Assembly: GCA_051294375.1 (NCBI GenBank)
Contig: CM119263.1
Span: forward strand, 30,443,376-30,507,375
Direction: 5' to 3'
Source: Paraspadella gotoi
Taxonomy: Eukaryota > Animalia > Chaetognatha
Length of the DNA: 64,000 nt
In this document: positions 1 to 13,029 of the stretch, piece after piece
Numbering within the stretch: position 1 is the first letter of the stretch
How the letters are laid out: every line of letters starts with the position of its first letter
Notes under the pieces: model-generated
What the model was told of the DNA's origin: nothing
The model's input: only the letters and a program-made list of their open reading frames with translations
Databases searched by the model: none
Translations under genes and position numbers: made by a program

Positions 1-3000
1 TCAAGCTGCCCGTCGAGCCGCGCAAACGCTTCGTCTACGTCCTCCACTGCCCCGACGGTCCGGGGCTCGACTGCCCCATGGTGGTCGACCCGTCCGGGCT
101 CTACTTTCGCCGCGAGGGCCTCGCCGGTTTCTACCTGTGCGGAATTTCGCCAAAGCCCGAAGACGAGCCCAGCGTCGATAATTTGGACGTCGACTATGAA
201 TATTTTAACGAGGTTTGTGCAGTGTGCAAAGTTTGTAGGCTGATTGGTTAGTTTTTGTCATTAGGGTGAAAATGGTTCAACTCTCTCCTTATTCTTGTCC
301 CGCCTTCGCCTCCAGGTGGTCTGGCCTCTTCTCGCAGAGCGAGTCCCCGCTTTCGAAAAGTGTAAGGTGAAAAACGCGTGGGCTGGATATTATGACTACA
401 ACTTTTACGATGAAAACTGCGTCATCGGCGGTCATCCCTACTACAGAAACGTTTTCTTTTGCACCGGATTTTCAGGCCATGGAATTCAGCAGGTGGATAA
501 GGGAATGAGTGGAAATAGTTTGTGGAATTAGTGGAAGTATGTGGAATTAGTTGATTCCAGTGTAATTGGTTTAATGCATATTGTTTAATTGGTAGAAATA
601 TGTGGAATGAGTGGAAATATGTGGAATTATGTGGAATTTCGGAAACCTGTGGAATTAGTAGAAATATGTAATTCTATTTCATGTTTTTCTCCCCACCAAC
701 AAAGTGAGCATCTGCTCTGCAAAACGCGACATCCCCAGAGAAAAACGAAGAGGAAACCTCTTCCCCGCCTTCTTCTTCCCCCTCCCGTACGCTACCTCAG
801 TACGCCGACATGAGACAGAATCACTTCTTCTGTTCGCGCTTTTGCGCTCAGTCTCCCGGCTTTTTTACGAAAATATTTTTTGATTATTTTTGTTGAAATA
901 ATTTTGCATATTTTTCGTTTCTCTTTTTTGGAGTTCAGAATACAGATATTCTTCAACACGTGGCTTTTTTGAAGTTCTCTCTTCACGGCCGCCATCTTTT
1001 TCGTCTTCGTTGTGCGTGGCTTCGAGGGAAGAGCCTTGACTCGGCCCTTTCGCTTGCCCTCGACGCACCCTGCGCGGCTGCGGAGGGAAGAGCCGCGACT
1101 CGGCCCTCTCGTTTGCCCTCGGCGCTTAGTACGGCTGCAGGGGGGAAGAACCTTGTTTTCGGCCCCCTTGTTTGTCCAGTGCTCTCCGTTTTTTGGACTG
1201 AGGCGCGTGTTTTCAACTCGACTACCCTCATGTCTCTTCCGCCACCGCCGCCTCCACCGCCTCCACCATCAGCCATTCCGGGCTTTTCTGGTCAGGCCGA
1301 AGTCATGCCCCTTCAGATGGAGGCAGTTCTGCTCCAAATTAGCAACGCTCTTTCTAGCGTTCGTCGCGAATTTAAGGAGTTTCGCCGCTCGTCTCGTTCC
1401 GAGTTGGAGAGTCTTCGGCGTGAGTTCTTCTTTCTTTTCGTTTTTTTTTTTCGCCTTTTTTTGGCGTACATTCGGCGTACAGGGGTTTTCCTCCTGTGCC
1501 CCACCTAACTCGACTTTGTTTGTTTGTTTTTTGTCGGGCCTTCGCGTCCTCTGGTCTTGTTACAGGCTCACTTTGTTGGTGGGGAAGAACAACATGATAG
1601 AATTTATGGTTCCAAATGGAACCGGGATTCTTCATGGTTCTTCCCCACCAACAACCACCCACCGTCCACCCCTGGCACCACCGGTGGTGGAGGGCGGCTC
1701 AGGCTCGCTTGTCTTGTTTGGTGAGGTGTTTTTGGGGTTCTTTTTTTGAGACTGTCATTTTTCAATGATTTCTCTTTTTTTCCATGTACGTTTTCTTCAT
1801 GGTTCTTGGACGCCTCTGTTCGCCATTTTGCCGTTTTTCGTCGGTCTTCGTTTGTTCGCCAGCGACTTGGAGTCTTCGCGTTCTTTGGCGGCCTCTTCGG
1901 CGGCGGATCGGCCTTCACGCTCGAGCGGGTGACTGTGTCACGCCTTCCTCGTCGAGCCCCTTCTGCGCAAGTCGACGACCACGCCTCCGTTTCCGGATCA
2001 GAGGAGGGTTCCTCTGAAGAGTCTGCTGCGGGGTTTGACAACTTCTTGTCTCGTCGTGCTTCTGTACAGCCTTCGGAGTGGGTCCTACAGCAGTGGAGGG
2101 ATTTGCGCAGAGTTGGCCAGGACGACGTTCTTTTACCGTCGTGGGACGTGCTTTCCGCCAATACGCGTTTCCGGCGCTGGTCGGATGTCTCTTCGCCGGC
2201 GGATTTTCGTCCTCCTGCTCAAGAGAGTTGCCTTGCTGCTCAGTTCGACGCCGTTCGGAAGGACTCCAAGACGACGCGCGCTTTCAAGGCTTTTTGAGCG
2301 CATCATGAGGGACGCCGGAGCGTCCGCTCATGCTGTCCTTTCTGTCGCTGACGCTCTCTCGCCTCATGGTTGAGGCCCTTCGCTCGAGGGGCCCGGTGCA
2401 GTGGACGCAGGCCACCTTGACGATCTTGCCAAGCCCCTTGGAGACGCCTCGTCGGGTTTGGCGGCGATTTTTGGTTCGGCCCTCTCCGAGTCTCGGCGCT
2501 TAGTTGTCGACGCTGCCCTTCGGATCTCAAGACAGTTCTGTCCAGTTCTCCGCCCTCCACGTCGTTCTTTTTCGGAGACCGCTCCACAGACGTCACTCAA
2601 GCCTTCCATTCTTCGCTTCTCCGCTCCGGGGCGCCTCACAATTGCGCCTGTTCTTTTAGCCGCAAGCGTGGGCGTGGCAGTCCGCGTAGTCCCGCTCGCC
2701 GTCCCTACCGGCCTCGCAAGACTTCGCCGCCTCCCAAGCGTAGGGCGGGGCTCCAGGACGTCTAAGGACGCCGACTGATCGCCCGACAGCTCTTTCGGCC
2801 GTTGCCTCGTCCGGCCGTCAGTTTCTCCAGGCCCGGCTTTCGTCCATGGACTGGTTTTTTGCGGTTTCTCATCCCCCCCTTCTACGACGTCCGGTCAAGT
2901 GGGCGTGGCACATCACCGGAAGTCTTCGCGGGATTCCCCCCTCTTGGTTTGCTTGGTTACGAGTGATTCTGTCTCGTGTCGGCGTACTGAGGTAGCGTAC

Positions 3001-3286
3001 GGGAGGGGAAGAGAAGGCGGGGAAGAGGAGGGTTCCTCTTCGTTTTTCTCTCGGGAGATGTCGCGTTTGCAGAGCAGATGCTCACTTTGTTGGTGGGGAA
3101 GAACCATGAAGAATCCCGGTTCCATTTGGAACCATAAATTTTGTCCTTCCTCCCCAGGCTGCAGCCGCGGGTAAGGAACTCGCCGAACTCATCTTCGTCG
3201 ACAAATACAAAGACATCGATCTTTCGCGTCTGGATTTTAGGAGATTCCTCGTCGGTGCCAAGATGATGGAGACGAATATAGTTTGA
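1..3286 (+). CDS. FOXRED1: FAD-dependent oxidoreductase domain-containing protein 1, 3' part (exons <1-212, 316-492, 3158-3286)
   Basis: Spliced translation [38 protein letters not shown] / [32 protein letters not shown] / [17 protein letters not shown]; GT-AG junctions keep frame. Confidence 0.9.
670..3140 (+). mobile_element. Non-autonomous DIRS-like (tyrosine-recombinase retrotransposon-derived) element in a FOXRED1 intron
   Basis: Inverted repeats ~688-826 and ~2962-3100; internal segment 1566-1653 is the reverse complement of the left terminus joined at AATT to the reverse complement of the right-end extension (ICR); frameshifted gag-like ORF pieces ~1746-2780; no RT or YR motifs seen. 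Confidence 0.75.
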
Positions 3287-4237
3287 TGGGGCCATGATGG
3301 GACTGTTGCTGTAGCTTTATGAAATGGTGATGTGTTGACTGTTGAGGATGAAGATGACGAGTTTGATTTCGATTGTTAAAATTGTGTTTGTATTTTATAA
3401 ATATTTCGATATTTTGATTCAGACAGACACGTTAAATTTGCTTGTATTTTGTACAAACGCTTCGAAAATCTCAACCAAAAAGTTTGTTCGTCGTTTTAAT
3501 TTTTGTTGAAAATCAAAGATTTTTATGTTTCAAAGGGTCTACAGAAGGCTTCATAATATAAAATGAGGTGGTGCTTTTTGTGAGCAGAATTTGTTCCGCA
3601 AAAACTACTGGATCAAATCCCTATGTGAATACAAGTAGAACTATCGAGGCGAATTTTAATTTAATTTCATTTTAATTTAATCTTAATGTATTTATCGGCG
3701 GTTAACAGTCAGTGGTTCACTTTTCGAAAAAAGTCTATAATTTTTTGGATTGTCTACCTAATTGACTATTTTTTTCTTTTGTCGGCGTGTGATTCGAGTT
3801 GTTAAAATTACAATGTTTATAATTTAGAGACATGTTAGTATTCAACCGAAACTTTTTATTCGGATCTGTTTTAGATTTCCTTTCATTTACAAACGTTATT
3901 ATTTTCAGTTTTAAACTTTTAAAATCGTCGTTCGAATTTCGGGATGAATAAAGGAAAAGAAAAGATTTGGTACAAATAAACTTGAAATTTTTTTTTTTAC
4001 AAAGAAAAGGAATAAAAATAAAGTTTTCACGATCCCACCACATGTTCCTTCCCAAGCGGATAAATTCCATCCCTCGTTCCTTCTCTTTTTCCCTCTCTAT
4101 CCCACCGATCCAAGCATGAGGGCTTCGTCCCCTCTGTCTTTCCACCATCGCAACCTCATCCTTAGCCCACCCCTCGCTCCCTTCGACCCCTACCGCCCCC
4201 CTCAGCCCCCTCCTCGTCCCTCCCGAGATTCGACGTC

Positions 4238-7200
4238 ATGACGAGCGCGCCATCTCCCTTCGCCCTCGATCCTTCGCTCCGTTGGTCGTCCGATCCTCCC
4301 CCTCTTCCACATCCCCAGCCCCATCCACATCCCTCGCTGTCTTCTCAGCGAGATTCTTCCTCGTCTCTTCGCGATAAACAAACTCTGGATTCTCGTCGTC
4401 GTCGTCGTCGCGGGGAAAAGGAGGAGGAGGAGGGGAAAGAGGAAGAGGGAGTGTTCGCTCGTCCGTCTTCTCGCGCCCCTCGATTCGATCCTTCCCTCCC
4501 TCACTCCCACCGATCGTTGCCTTCGAGCGCGAGATCGCGACGCCATCGTCCGTTGATCGATCATCTCCTCGGCGGCCGCAACTTCGTTCCCGTCTCCGCT
4601 CTGCTGCGCGGCGACGAGGCCTTCCCCCGTCCGCAGCCACCCGCAGTCGCTCGTCCGCCGGCGCTAAGATCTTCCGCCTCCGCTCCTCAGCTTCCCAAGT
4701 CTTTCCAACCCCCGTCCCAACAACCTCCTCTCACCCTTCCTCCGCAAAATTCTTCAGATCACCCTCAATCGCATCTCTTCCACTCCACGCCAATCTCCCC
4801 CGTCCCTCAGAGACTCAACAAACGCGCCCGTAAACGCGCCAAGCTTCGACCCGAATCTCGCGAGGACATCGACGACGAATCCCCGTCTCCTCTTCCGCCG
4901 ACGACCTTCCCTTCCCAACCCACTCTGTCTCTTTCCCTTTCTCGAGGCGCCTCTGGTTTTGGCTTCCTCTTGTCGGGCGAGAGGCCGACTCTCGTGGGAT
5001 CCGTGGCCCGAGGCTGCCCCGCTGCTCAGGCCGGAATCTTGCCCGGTCACGTGATTCTTAAAGTGAACGAGGTCGACGTGACGTCGTCGTCTCACGATTT
5101 CGTCGTTTCTCTCGTCGGATCCTCGGACGAAACTTTGAGTCTCACCGTCGCGGCTCCGGAAGCCGTCGTCGCCGCCACGGCACCGGTTTCGTCGACTACA
5201 ACCACATCAACAACGTCATCTTGGCGTCAACGCGAAGATTCTTCCTCCTCTGACGGAGACTACGAAGTCTTCGCCGACGAGATCCAAGTGTTGGAAGTCA
5301 TCCCTCGACCCTTGACCCCTTTGCTTCCTTCTAGTCAGTCTAATCACTCCGACCGCCATCAACGCCATCACTCGTCCAAGGCCGCGCGCAACATGTCAAA
5401 GGCCTCTGTCGCTCATTCATCTCGCGCCGAAGAAAACAAAGAAAACTTTATCGCGCCCAATAACCAGAACAACAACAACAATAACAACGAGGATGTGGAC
5501 GAACTGGCTCGTCCTCCTTCCGAAATCTTCGTCCCTCGAGTCAAATTGGCCAAAAAGTCATCGCTCTCATCTTTTTCGTCGTCGTCATCTTTGTCGCGAG
5601 TAAACGACGATTCGAACGACGATCGTCGTCGCCTCTTCGCCGCTGCGTCCTCTTCCAACGCGCCGCAGCCGCCGCAGCGATCATCGCGCCCGGCGTCCGT
5701 TCAACTCGACTGGCGCCGCGAAGACTTGGACCTCGAGGCGCTGGCGGCGCGAGTCCCGGCGCTGCAGCAACGTAACTCCTACGCCGGAGAACACGCGGAG
5801 CCGAAGCTCGAATCGCTGGCGCCCCTTAAGGACTCGTTGGGGTCACAGTCCAGCGCCGAGGATATTCGCCGCTCCATGACCAAACTGTACCCGCTGCTGC
5901 ACAGGCGCGGGGACGGACCGTCGACGAATCTGCAGCAAGAGCAACTGCAAAGAACTTCGCCGCAAACGCTGCCGCATCCGCCGCCGCATCCTCTGGTGCA
6001 GTCGGACGAAACGTCGCAGCTGCTTCGGTCTCAGAGTCTGCGATCGGAGCATCGACCGCAGCAACAGGAGCAGAAATCACAACGACAGTTCACTGATCGC
6101 CATTTGGACTCCGAAATGAAAGCGGAAGTAAGTCTGAATTTGGTTTAAATCAATGTTTATTGAAAAGACGGTATTCTGATTGAATCAGCATCTCGTTCCG
6201 TTAAGAATTAGTTCAGATAAAAAAGGTAAACTAACTTGTATACTTGGCGACTAATGTTAAACCGTCAACGTACTAGAATAAAAATTTATCAAAACTTTAT
6301 CACAATACTACAATATGCTAATGAGATTGATGAACTAAACCTCGTTTCAAATTATCCACAAATTCCACAAATTACTTATCAACCCCTAGACATCCCCCAC
6401 CTCTTCCACCCACCGCCTTCCCGAACTCCGCCACTCGCCCTTCATGAGATCCATGAGTCAGACGCAAGAAAAGGGCGTCGTCGAAAGCGCGCCTTTTATT
6501 GACGATCACGGGGCCGTCGAGACCAAACCGGCGCCATTCGCTCAAGTTCGGCGTCGCGAAGCCTCGGACACCAGCGTTTTGGATTCTACTCTGAAGGTTA
6601 ATGGGAAAATTGTATTTTTAAATAATTGACGATGATTATTGCGCAATGCCGTGAAGCACAAAAATTGTATTAGGGATATATCTAACATACATAATTTTTA
6701 GGTGATTAAAAACTGATTATTTACATTATCATTATGTACTAAGTGTTTATTTCCTTCCAGGCCGATGAGGAATCTTCGCCGGAAGTTGGTCGCGTCGCAT
6801 CGTGGGCGACCAAGTTCGAGCGTCTTCTCGCGGATTCGGTGGGCGTGGCAATGTTCAGGGACTTTTTGCAAAAGGAGTTCAGGTATGACTATCGTCGAAT
6901 CTACTAGCCTATTCTATATGTTTCAAACAAAGTTGACAAACGTAGTAATCATTTAGGAGAAAGTAAAAAAAAGTCCTATTACTTAATGTAAATTTTTTTT
7001 TTTTTTTTGGTCTCAACGATTCGAATTTCTTTTTCCAGCGACGAAAACATGAGATTCTACTTGGCTGTCGACTCCTTCCGCCTTCTCCCTGCCTCCGACC
7101 TCGCCCAAGAAGCCTCCCGCGTTTTCGCCACTTTTCTAGCGCGCGACGCCCTCGACTGCGTCAACGTTGACGCCGCAGCCGTGGCGCGCGTCGAGGCGGC

Positions 7201-9851
7201 CATGGCGTCAAAGATCGAGCCGTGCCTCTTCGACGACGCGCAAGCGCAGATCGTCAAGTTGATGAAATTCGACAGCTACACTCGATTCTTAAAGTCGAAC
7301 TCGTACAAAGACGCAGTCGTGGCCGAGATGGAGGGTCGACCCGTCCAAGTCCCCGCCAACGACGACGACGACAACGATCGAGGCCAAGCTCCATTCGTCG
7401 GGAGGAGGTATTGAAGTGAATATATGATGAGCGGGGTTTTCCGTCTCTCGCTCACCTTCTGAGAGTATCGATATCGCAGGTTATACGGATGGACGGATTA
7501 CAACGAGAGTTTATGTCCAACTGTGGACGACACAAGTCGTCCACACAACATATATAAACGGCATATAAATAAAATATTAAGATAGTCTATTTTTTGGGTA
7601 CAGAAGCGACTTTTTCGGCAACGCGTCCCTGTGGCGGAAACCCGGCGACGACGAATCCAAGACGCGTCACTCTCTTCTTCCGTGGAAGGCGAAAGGACGA
7701 GAGACGAAGATTCCAAAGTTGAGTCGAAAATCTTTTGGGAAGAAAGACCTCGTCGGTAGAGGAGGAGGAGGAGGAGGAGAGGGAGGAAAGGAGGAGAGGA
7801 GGAAGGCTTTTTTTTCTTCCAAGTCTAACGCGAATCTGGATAAAAAGAAAAACGTCGGGACGACATTTCAAAAGTGAGTTGTTGTAGTTGATGTTGTGAG
7901 TTGTAGGCGAAAACTGTTGTATTGGATCGTGCTGGGGCGATGTTTGATGAATTTTTCCCTTTTTTTTTTCGAAAGTTTAACGCATCTTTCAATTGTGAAT
8001 TTATTTTTTACAGCTCAACCTTTGACGCTGATATTACAACCTCGATCGAAGATTTAAGTTTTAATTTTAAGCGTCCCAGTTCCGTTCCGCGCAGACTCGA
8101 AAAGTCTGTTCCCGCTTTCTTTGAAAATATATTTCGTTTTTACGTTCTCCAATTTAGTTTTTTTCTTGTTTGAACATCGTACAGCTTTTATAATATTAAT
8201 TGTAATAATAATTGTTTGCCCTCCGCCTTCTCAGGATTCGCCGCAGCCTCGGCAGCTCCCGCGAATCTCTCGTTTCGTCGAGAGAATCAGTCAACAGTAA
8301 CAGCAACAAGGATGTCGGCGCAGGCAAAAACAGCAGCATAAACAGCAGCGGCGTGGGAAAGTCCAGCATTAACAGCAGCAGAAACAGCAGCAGAAGCGGC
8401 GGGAAGAGTTTGACGACTTCGACGTCGAACGAAGCGAAGGTGGGGTTCCGCCTTGACCTCCCCAATCTCTCTAAGTCTCTGGGAATCAAATCTCGTGCGT
8501 CGAAACCTCTCGTCGAAATCATCGATCCGTTGTTGAGGTGAGGAACAAAAAAACGATGGGTCAACTGGCGACCTTTTATGCTTTATAAAATCCTTTAATA
8601 AATAAAGAGAAGAGTATTAAAAAGAAACATCTATTATTTTTCGTTTGTGATTGCTTCTCGACTCTTTTCCGTCTCTCCTCAGCAAATACAAAATGTGTTC
8701 CCGCATCGAGGACGTCTTCCTCTACGAACCTTCCACCAACGCCATCTTCACTCGCGCCGATTATTCCGCCCTCACCGCCGACGCCTTCGATGATCGGCGC
8801 GTCGTCGTTTCCATTCGCGGCGCCGGGACGACGACCAAGAAAGGCGGCGACAGCGGCGGCGGCGGCAGCACCAATAAATCCAAACACGGCAGCGCAGTCG
8901 CAAAATTTCTTCCGCCGCATTCGTTGCTTTCCCGGGCCGCCAGCGACCGCTACGACGACCAGCGTGGCCCGCTCTCCGCCGAAAACCTCGAGATTCCCGA
9001 TTGGCTGAGAAGCAACGCCGACGACGCCGGTTCGTCGACGCGTCCGGCGCCGCTCCGCTCTCGACAAAGCAGCGCCTCCTCTCTCAGCGTCAAGAGCGAC
9101 GACGACGAAGAGACGCCGGGTCACTCCGGCGTCCAATTCGCTCGAGAGCTCTCCGGCCCCACCGCCGTCGATTCACCAGCATCGCTTTTCGGCGACATTC
9201 CGTCTCCTGACACGGCGGCGCTTTTTTTCGCCGACGCCATGGGTCACGCCAACGACGATGGATTAGGAAAAGGCGCTTCGAAGATCGATTTGGGTATTTT
9301 CATCTCTTTTCTATCTTTTTCTGTACTTTTTCTCTTTCTTTTTTTGTCCTTTTTCTCTACCTCCTAATTCCTTCTCTCCATCTCCAGGGATGAACCTCGA
9401 CTCTCCCGAATTTCCCCGCCTCGATCCCACCGCCGATGACTCAGTCGACTACTCCTGCCTTTGGGAATCCGCGGCCGAGTTTCTCGACGACTCTCCCCGT
9501 CGGCCTCTGACCTCCTACCGCGACCTCTCGCTAATGACCGCCCTGTCACTGACCTCTCCGGCTCGTGACCCTCCCCACGACCTGACCCTGACCTCTCCGG
9601 ATCGTGACCTGGCCTTGATGAACGACTTGACCCTGACCTGCGGCGACGACGCGGACGAAGCGATGATGGAACCCGAGATCCCTGAAGACGATTCTATCTC
9701 CGTTTTCGGCGTCGGTGGCCACAACAACAACAACACCCTGACGGACGTGTCGATGCTGAGCGCCGTCACGGAAAACTCTGCGGGTGTCGCGTCGTCATCG
9801 TCGACGATGGAATCGGGAAGCGAAGCCGAAGGATTCGAAGAGACTCTTTGA
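4238..9851 (+). CDS. RGS12: RGS12/loco-like regulator of G-protein signalling (PDZ, RGS, Ras-binding, GoLoco); exons 4238-6127, 6390-6596, 6761-6882, 7039-7407, 7604-7873, 8235-8537, 8683-9293, 9388-9851
   Basis: PDZ (GFGFLLSGERPTLVGSVARGCPAAQAGILPGHVILKVN), RGS (WATKFERLL..FLQKEFSDENMRFYLAV..LMKFDSYTRFLKS), RBD-like (FRLDLP..LGIKSRASKPLVEIIDPLLSKY), GoLoco (DRYDDQRGPL); start codon uncertain. Confidence 0.8.
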
Positions 9852-10054
9852 AAAATGAGGGGGTGGATGGGATATGTTGGAGGATTTGACTTTTTTATCA
9901 TTATTTTTAATTTTACGGGAATTTTTTTTTTTCGCGATTCTCTCCCTTCAAACATTATACCACTTCATTGATAGGAAAGCCAGGTATTCTGGGAGTGAAT
10001 AAACGAGACTGTGAGAGAGTCTTGATTGAAAGCTTGCAGGGACCAGCTATGTCA

Positions 10055-10119
10055 TTATCTTGTACGAGTGATGGAGGCCTTAAACCACCACAACCTGTCA
10101 AAAGTAAGAGGCAAGATAG
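10055..10119 (+). ncRNA. Degenerate twister ribozyme, family C, within dispersed repeat ~10017-10175
   Basis: Homologous to 32687-32751; keeps GA-UGG-aggcct-UAA-acc-AC and P5, but P4 (cctg/aaga) and T1 (CAA) are disrupted. Confidence 0.55.
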
Positions 10120-11048
10120 CTTGTTTATTAAATAAATGCATAATTTTTATATTAGTTGTACCAATTTCATGCTATTTTCACTTCAGCCAGTAACTTTTTT
10201 TTCCTGATCGGGTCTCAGCCTTCGAATTTTTTTTTTCTTGCATAAATTATTCTTTTCTTTTCTCCCCCAATTCAATTGCCTTGCCTCTCGCGGCCCTTCG
10301 GCCATTCGTAGTTATAAAATCGTAAACTCGTCTCGCATCCAGCCTTGATTTTTAACGGGCCTTATTATTCTATACGCGGCCTTTTGTTTTTTAATGTTGA
10401 TCCCGTGAACGTTGTCTTTGCCTTATGCACTCTAGATGTCGCCCCGCGATTAGTAAATTCGCTTATATATCGTCGTTAAGAGGGTTGATCGTCTTCTTTT
10501 ATTTTGTTAAAAACTGTGAATGTTAATGTTTTCGAGATTTTATCGATCGTCGGCGAAGTAAATCTTTTTCTGCGCGCGCGCGTGTGTGTGTTTCAATTAG
10601 CATCTGGTTAATTCAATTAGCGAATCGTAGTTTTTCAGTTTTTTTGGGGGGATGAAAAGTAGAGTAGAGCCTTTAATTGCTTTGTACATTTGTCATAGAG
10701 GGGAATTTTGGGTGGCGCTAGTTTATTTTAGTCTCACAATCACAACCGTATATCTGGTCACATTTCTCTTTGTACGCACGTATAAATGGTGAAAAAAAAA
10801 CCTGTGTGAGTCGTCTCGAATCGCAAAAATGAAAAACATAATCGTTACTTTTTAAGATTTATATGACGTTTAATGTCCAATGATTCGTTACTTTAGGCGT
10901 CGTCGAAAACCAAGATAGTTTCGATAAAAAAATAAAATAAATTTTTTTCACAAAATGATTTTTTTCCTCAAAAACTTCGCGTTGAATCATCGTATCTTTT
11001 CGCTGTATCCGTTTGTTCGTTAAACGCGGATTTCCTTCTGTAAAAACG

Positions 11049-12945
11049 ATGAGCGAAATTCACGATCCACTTCCGGTCCCCAAACCGAAGCGCGTCGTCC
11101 CAAACTCGAAAGGCGTTTTTTTCCCGCTCGACTTTTCCCGCCGCGACAGCGCCTGTTCGCCCGGCGTCATTTGGCGTCACTTTACCGGCGCCCTCTGCGG
11201 CGATTGGGTGACGGTCACGAACTCGGCCGCCGCGGTGGAATTGAGCGCCGCCAACTTTGGGAAAGGGGCGTGGTCGCGGTTCGGGCGGACTCTTGATGAC
11301 GATCAGTGGAGGCCGTGGATCGGGGAGGAAGAGGAGGAAAAGATAGAGGAGGAGGAGGAGGATCGTGCGATAACGTCAATCGAGATGTCAGGTTATCAAT
11401 AAACATTAAACAACATCATTACTCCTATACATTTTAAATGAGATCAAGTTCAATAATCTCAGTTGGTTTGTTGGAGGCAGATTTAATAAATTTATATTTT
11501 ATTGCCTTCAACCTTTAATCGAAACACGACAATATGCAAATCACATTCATGAATTCTATTCTACTCTATTCTATTCTACTTACGTATTTGATTCAATTCA
11601 TCTAATTCTCAAGTCGCTTCATCGAAAACTAAAGACAATCGTCCCCCTCGCGAGGATCCGCCCGTTCGCTTCCGGCGACAAATCCCGCGGCGCCGCTTTG
11701 ACGCGCACCGGAAATGGCGCGCCGCCGTCGAAAGAAGAAAAGAATCAGAGCCGTTACCAGGAGATCGCGCTGACGAACGTTTGGCTAAACGACGCCGAGC
11801 TGACGTCGCCGACTCCAACGCCCTCTACGTGACGGAGGATTCCGATGAAGATGAACGAATCGGCGGACGACTCCATGTCGTTGCCGACGATCCTCTTCCC
11901 TTAAAGGAACCTTACCTCTTGTCTCACGAAGAAGCCTTCTTTCTCTCTTACGGTCTGGGTTGTCTCACGGGTCAGTATAAAGAATGACTCTCTCTCTGTC
12001 GTTTTGGAAATCCACCAAATTATTCACTTCCCTTTAGTGACAGACTCCGGCGCGCCCCTAACCCTTGTCTCCCTCTGGCGACGCTTGCGCCTTCGTGACA
12101 CCCGTTTCGTTCCGCGTTACGTGGCCTACCATGCCTTCCGATCGCGCGGGTGGGTCCCCCGCTGCGGCCTCAAGTACGGCGTCGACTTTTTGCTCTACGT
12201 CCGCGGCCCCGCATTTTATCACGCCACCTTCAGCGTCGTCGTGGAGGAGGTGGACGAGGATTTGAAAAAGGTGAGGGATGTGAGGAAGAGGCCGAGGGAT
12301 GTGAAGGTGAGGGAGAAATTGGTTCAACTTTGTCTTCAAGATTCATCGTTAAATCATCGCTGGTGACTTCGGACGAGAAAATAAATTTCGGCTTATATGA
12401 ATATTAATTATAATCAGGATTGTATGGCAATTGTTGGTATCGCTTGTGAGAGCAGCTTCTTATCGGTTGGCGTCAGGGGATTTGGACCTTCAATGCCCCT
12501 TCCTGCCACTGCCTCCAGTGGTTTCGAATCCGCAATGCACGCTTGGGATGGTGTGTTAGCCCGTTAAGCCACAAATGACTGAATTAATGTCCTTGTTTGA
12601 AGGAACTTTTGTGGCCTCGGCCTCGCCACAATTATTATAAACACGTGTTAGTCAAAATGACGGGAAAACTTCCTCTCTCCATGTTCTCCTCAGATCGAGT
12701 CCCCCGTCGCCCTCCCCTCCACCGCCGCCGCCGCCACCGCCTGCCTTCGAGTCACCGACCAAGTCAACAAGGATCTCCTCGTCTGTCGCGTCGTCCGCGG
12801 CCGCGACGTCGACGAGAAGCTGCTGTCGACGCCGCGCTGCGTCGCCGCGTATCGCATTAAGCAGACGCTGAAGAGACGCTGGGTGACCGATACGGAGCGA
12901 GATAGGACAAAGAGGATTGTGGCTCCGTCGAAGATTTCGTTGTAG
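11049..12945 (+). CDS. TSEN2: tRNA-splicing endonuclease subunit Sen2 (exons 11049-11391, 11614-11970, 12038-12270, 12694-12945)
   Basis: EPYLLSHEEAFFLSYGLGCL; RYVAYHAFRSRGWVPRCGLKYGVDFLLYVRGPAFYHA; LRVTDQVNKDLLVC..RW; catalytic Y/H/K present. Confidence 0.92.
12421..12585 (-). mobile_element. Internally deleted family-B tRNA-head/twister element in a TSEN2 intron
   Basis: Minus strand: GTGGCTTAACGGG (A box), GGATTCGAAACC (B box), then only P3/P4/L4 remnant (cagtggc..ggcattg aagg UCCAAAUC ccct) and family 3' end ttgccataca. Confidence 0.55.
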
Positions 12946-13029
12946 CAAATTCGTCGATCCAATTCTGTTATTTCTTGATCATTGTTATTATTTCGTTAAA
13001 TTATATAAAGAGTTAAACAAAAACCAACA

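Noticed and set aside
494-668. gtggaa-rich repeats resembling a spaced array (similar short repeats at 43330-43415)
   Set aside because: Degenerate minisatellites without unique spacers, in a eukaryotic context; not CRISPR
11049-12945. Functional link between TSEN2 and the neighbouring ribozyme elements (same end chemistry)
   Set aside because: The elements are scattered through unrelated genes; proximity is most simply coincidence
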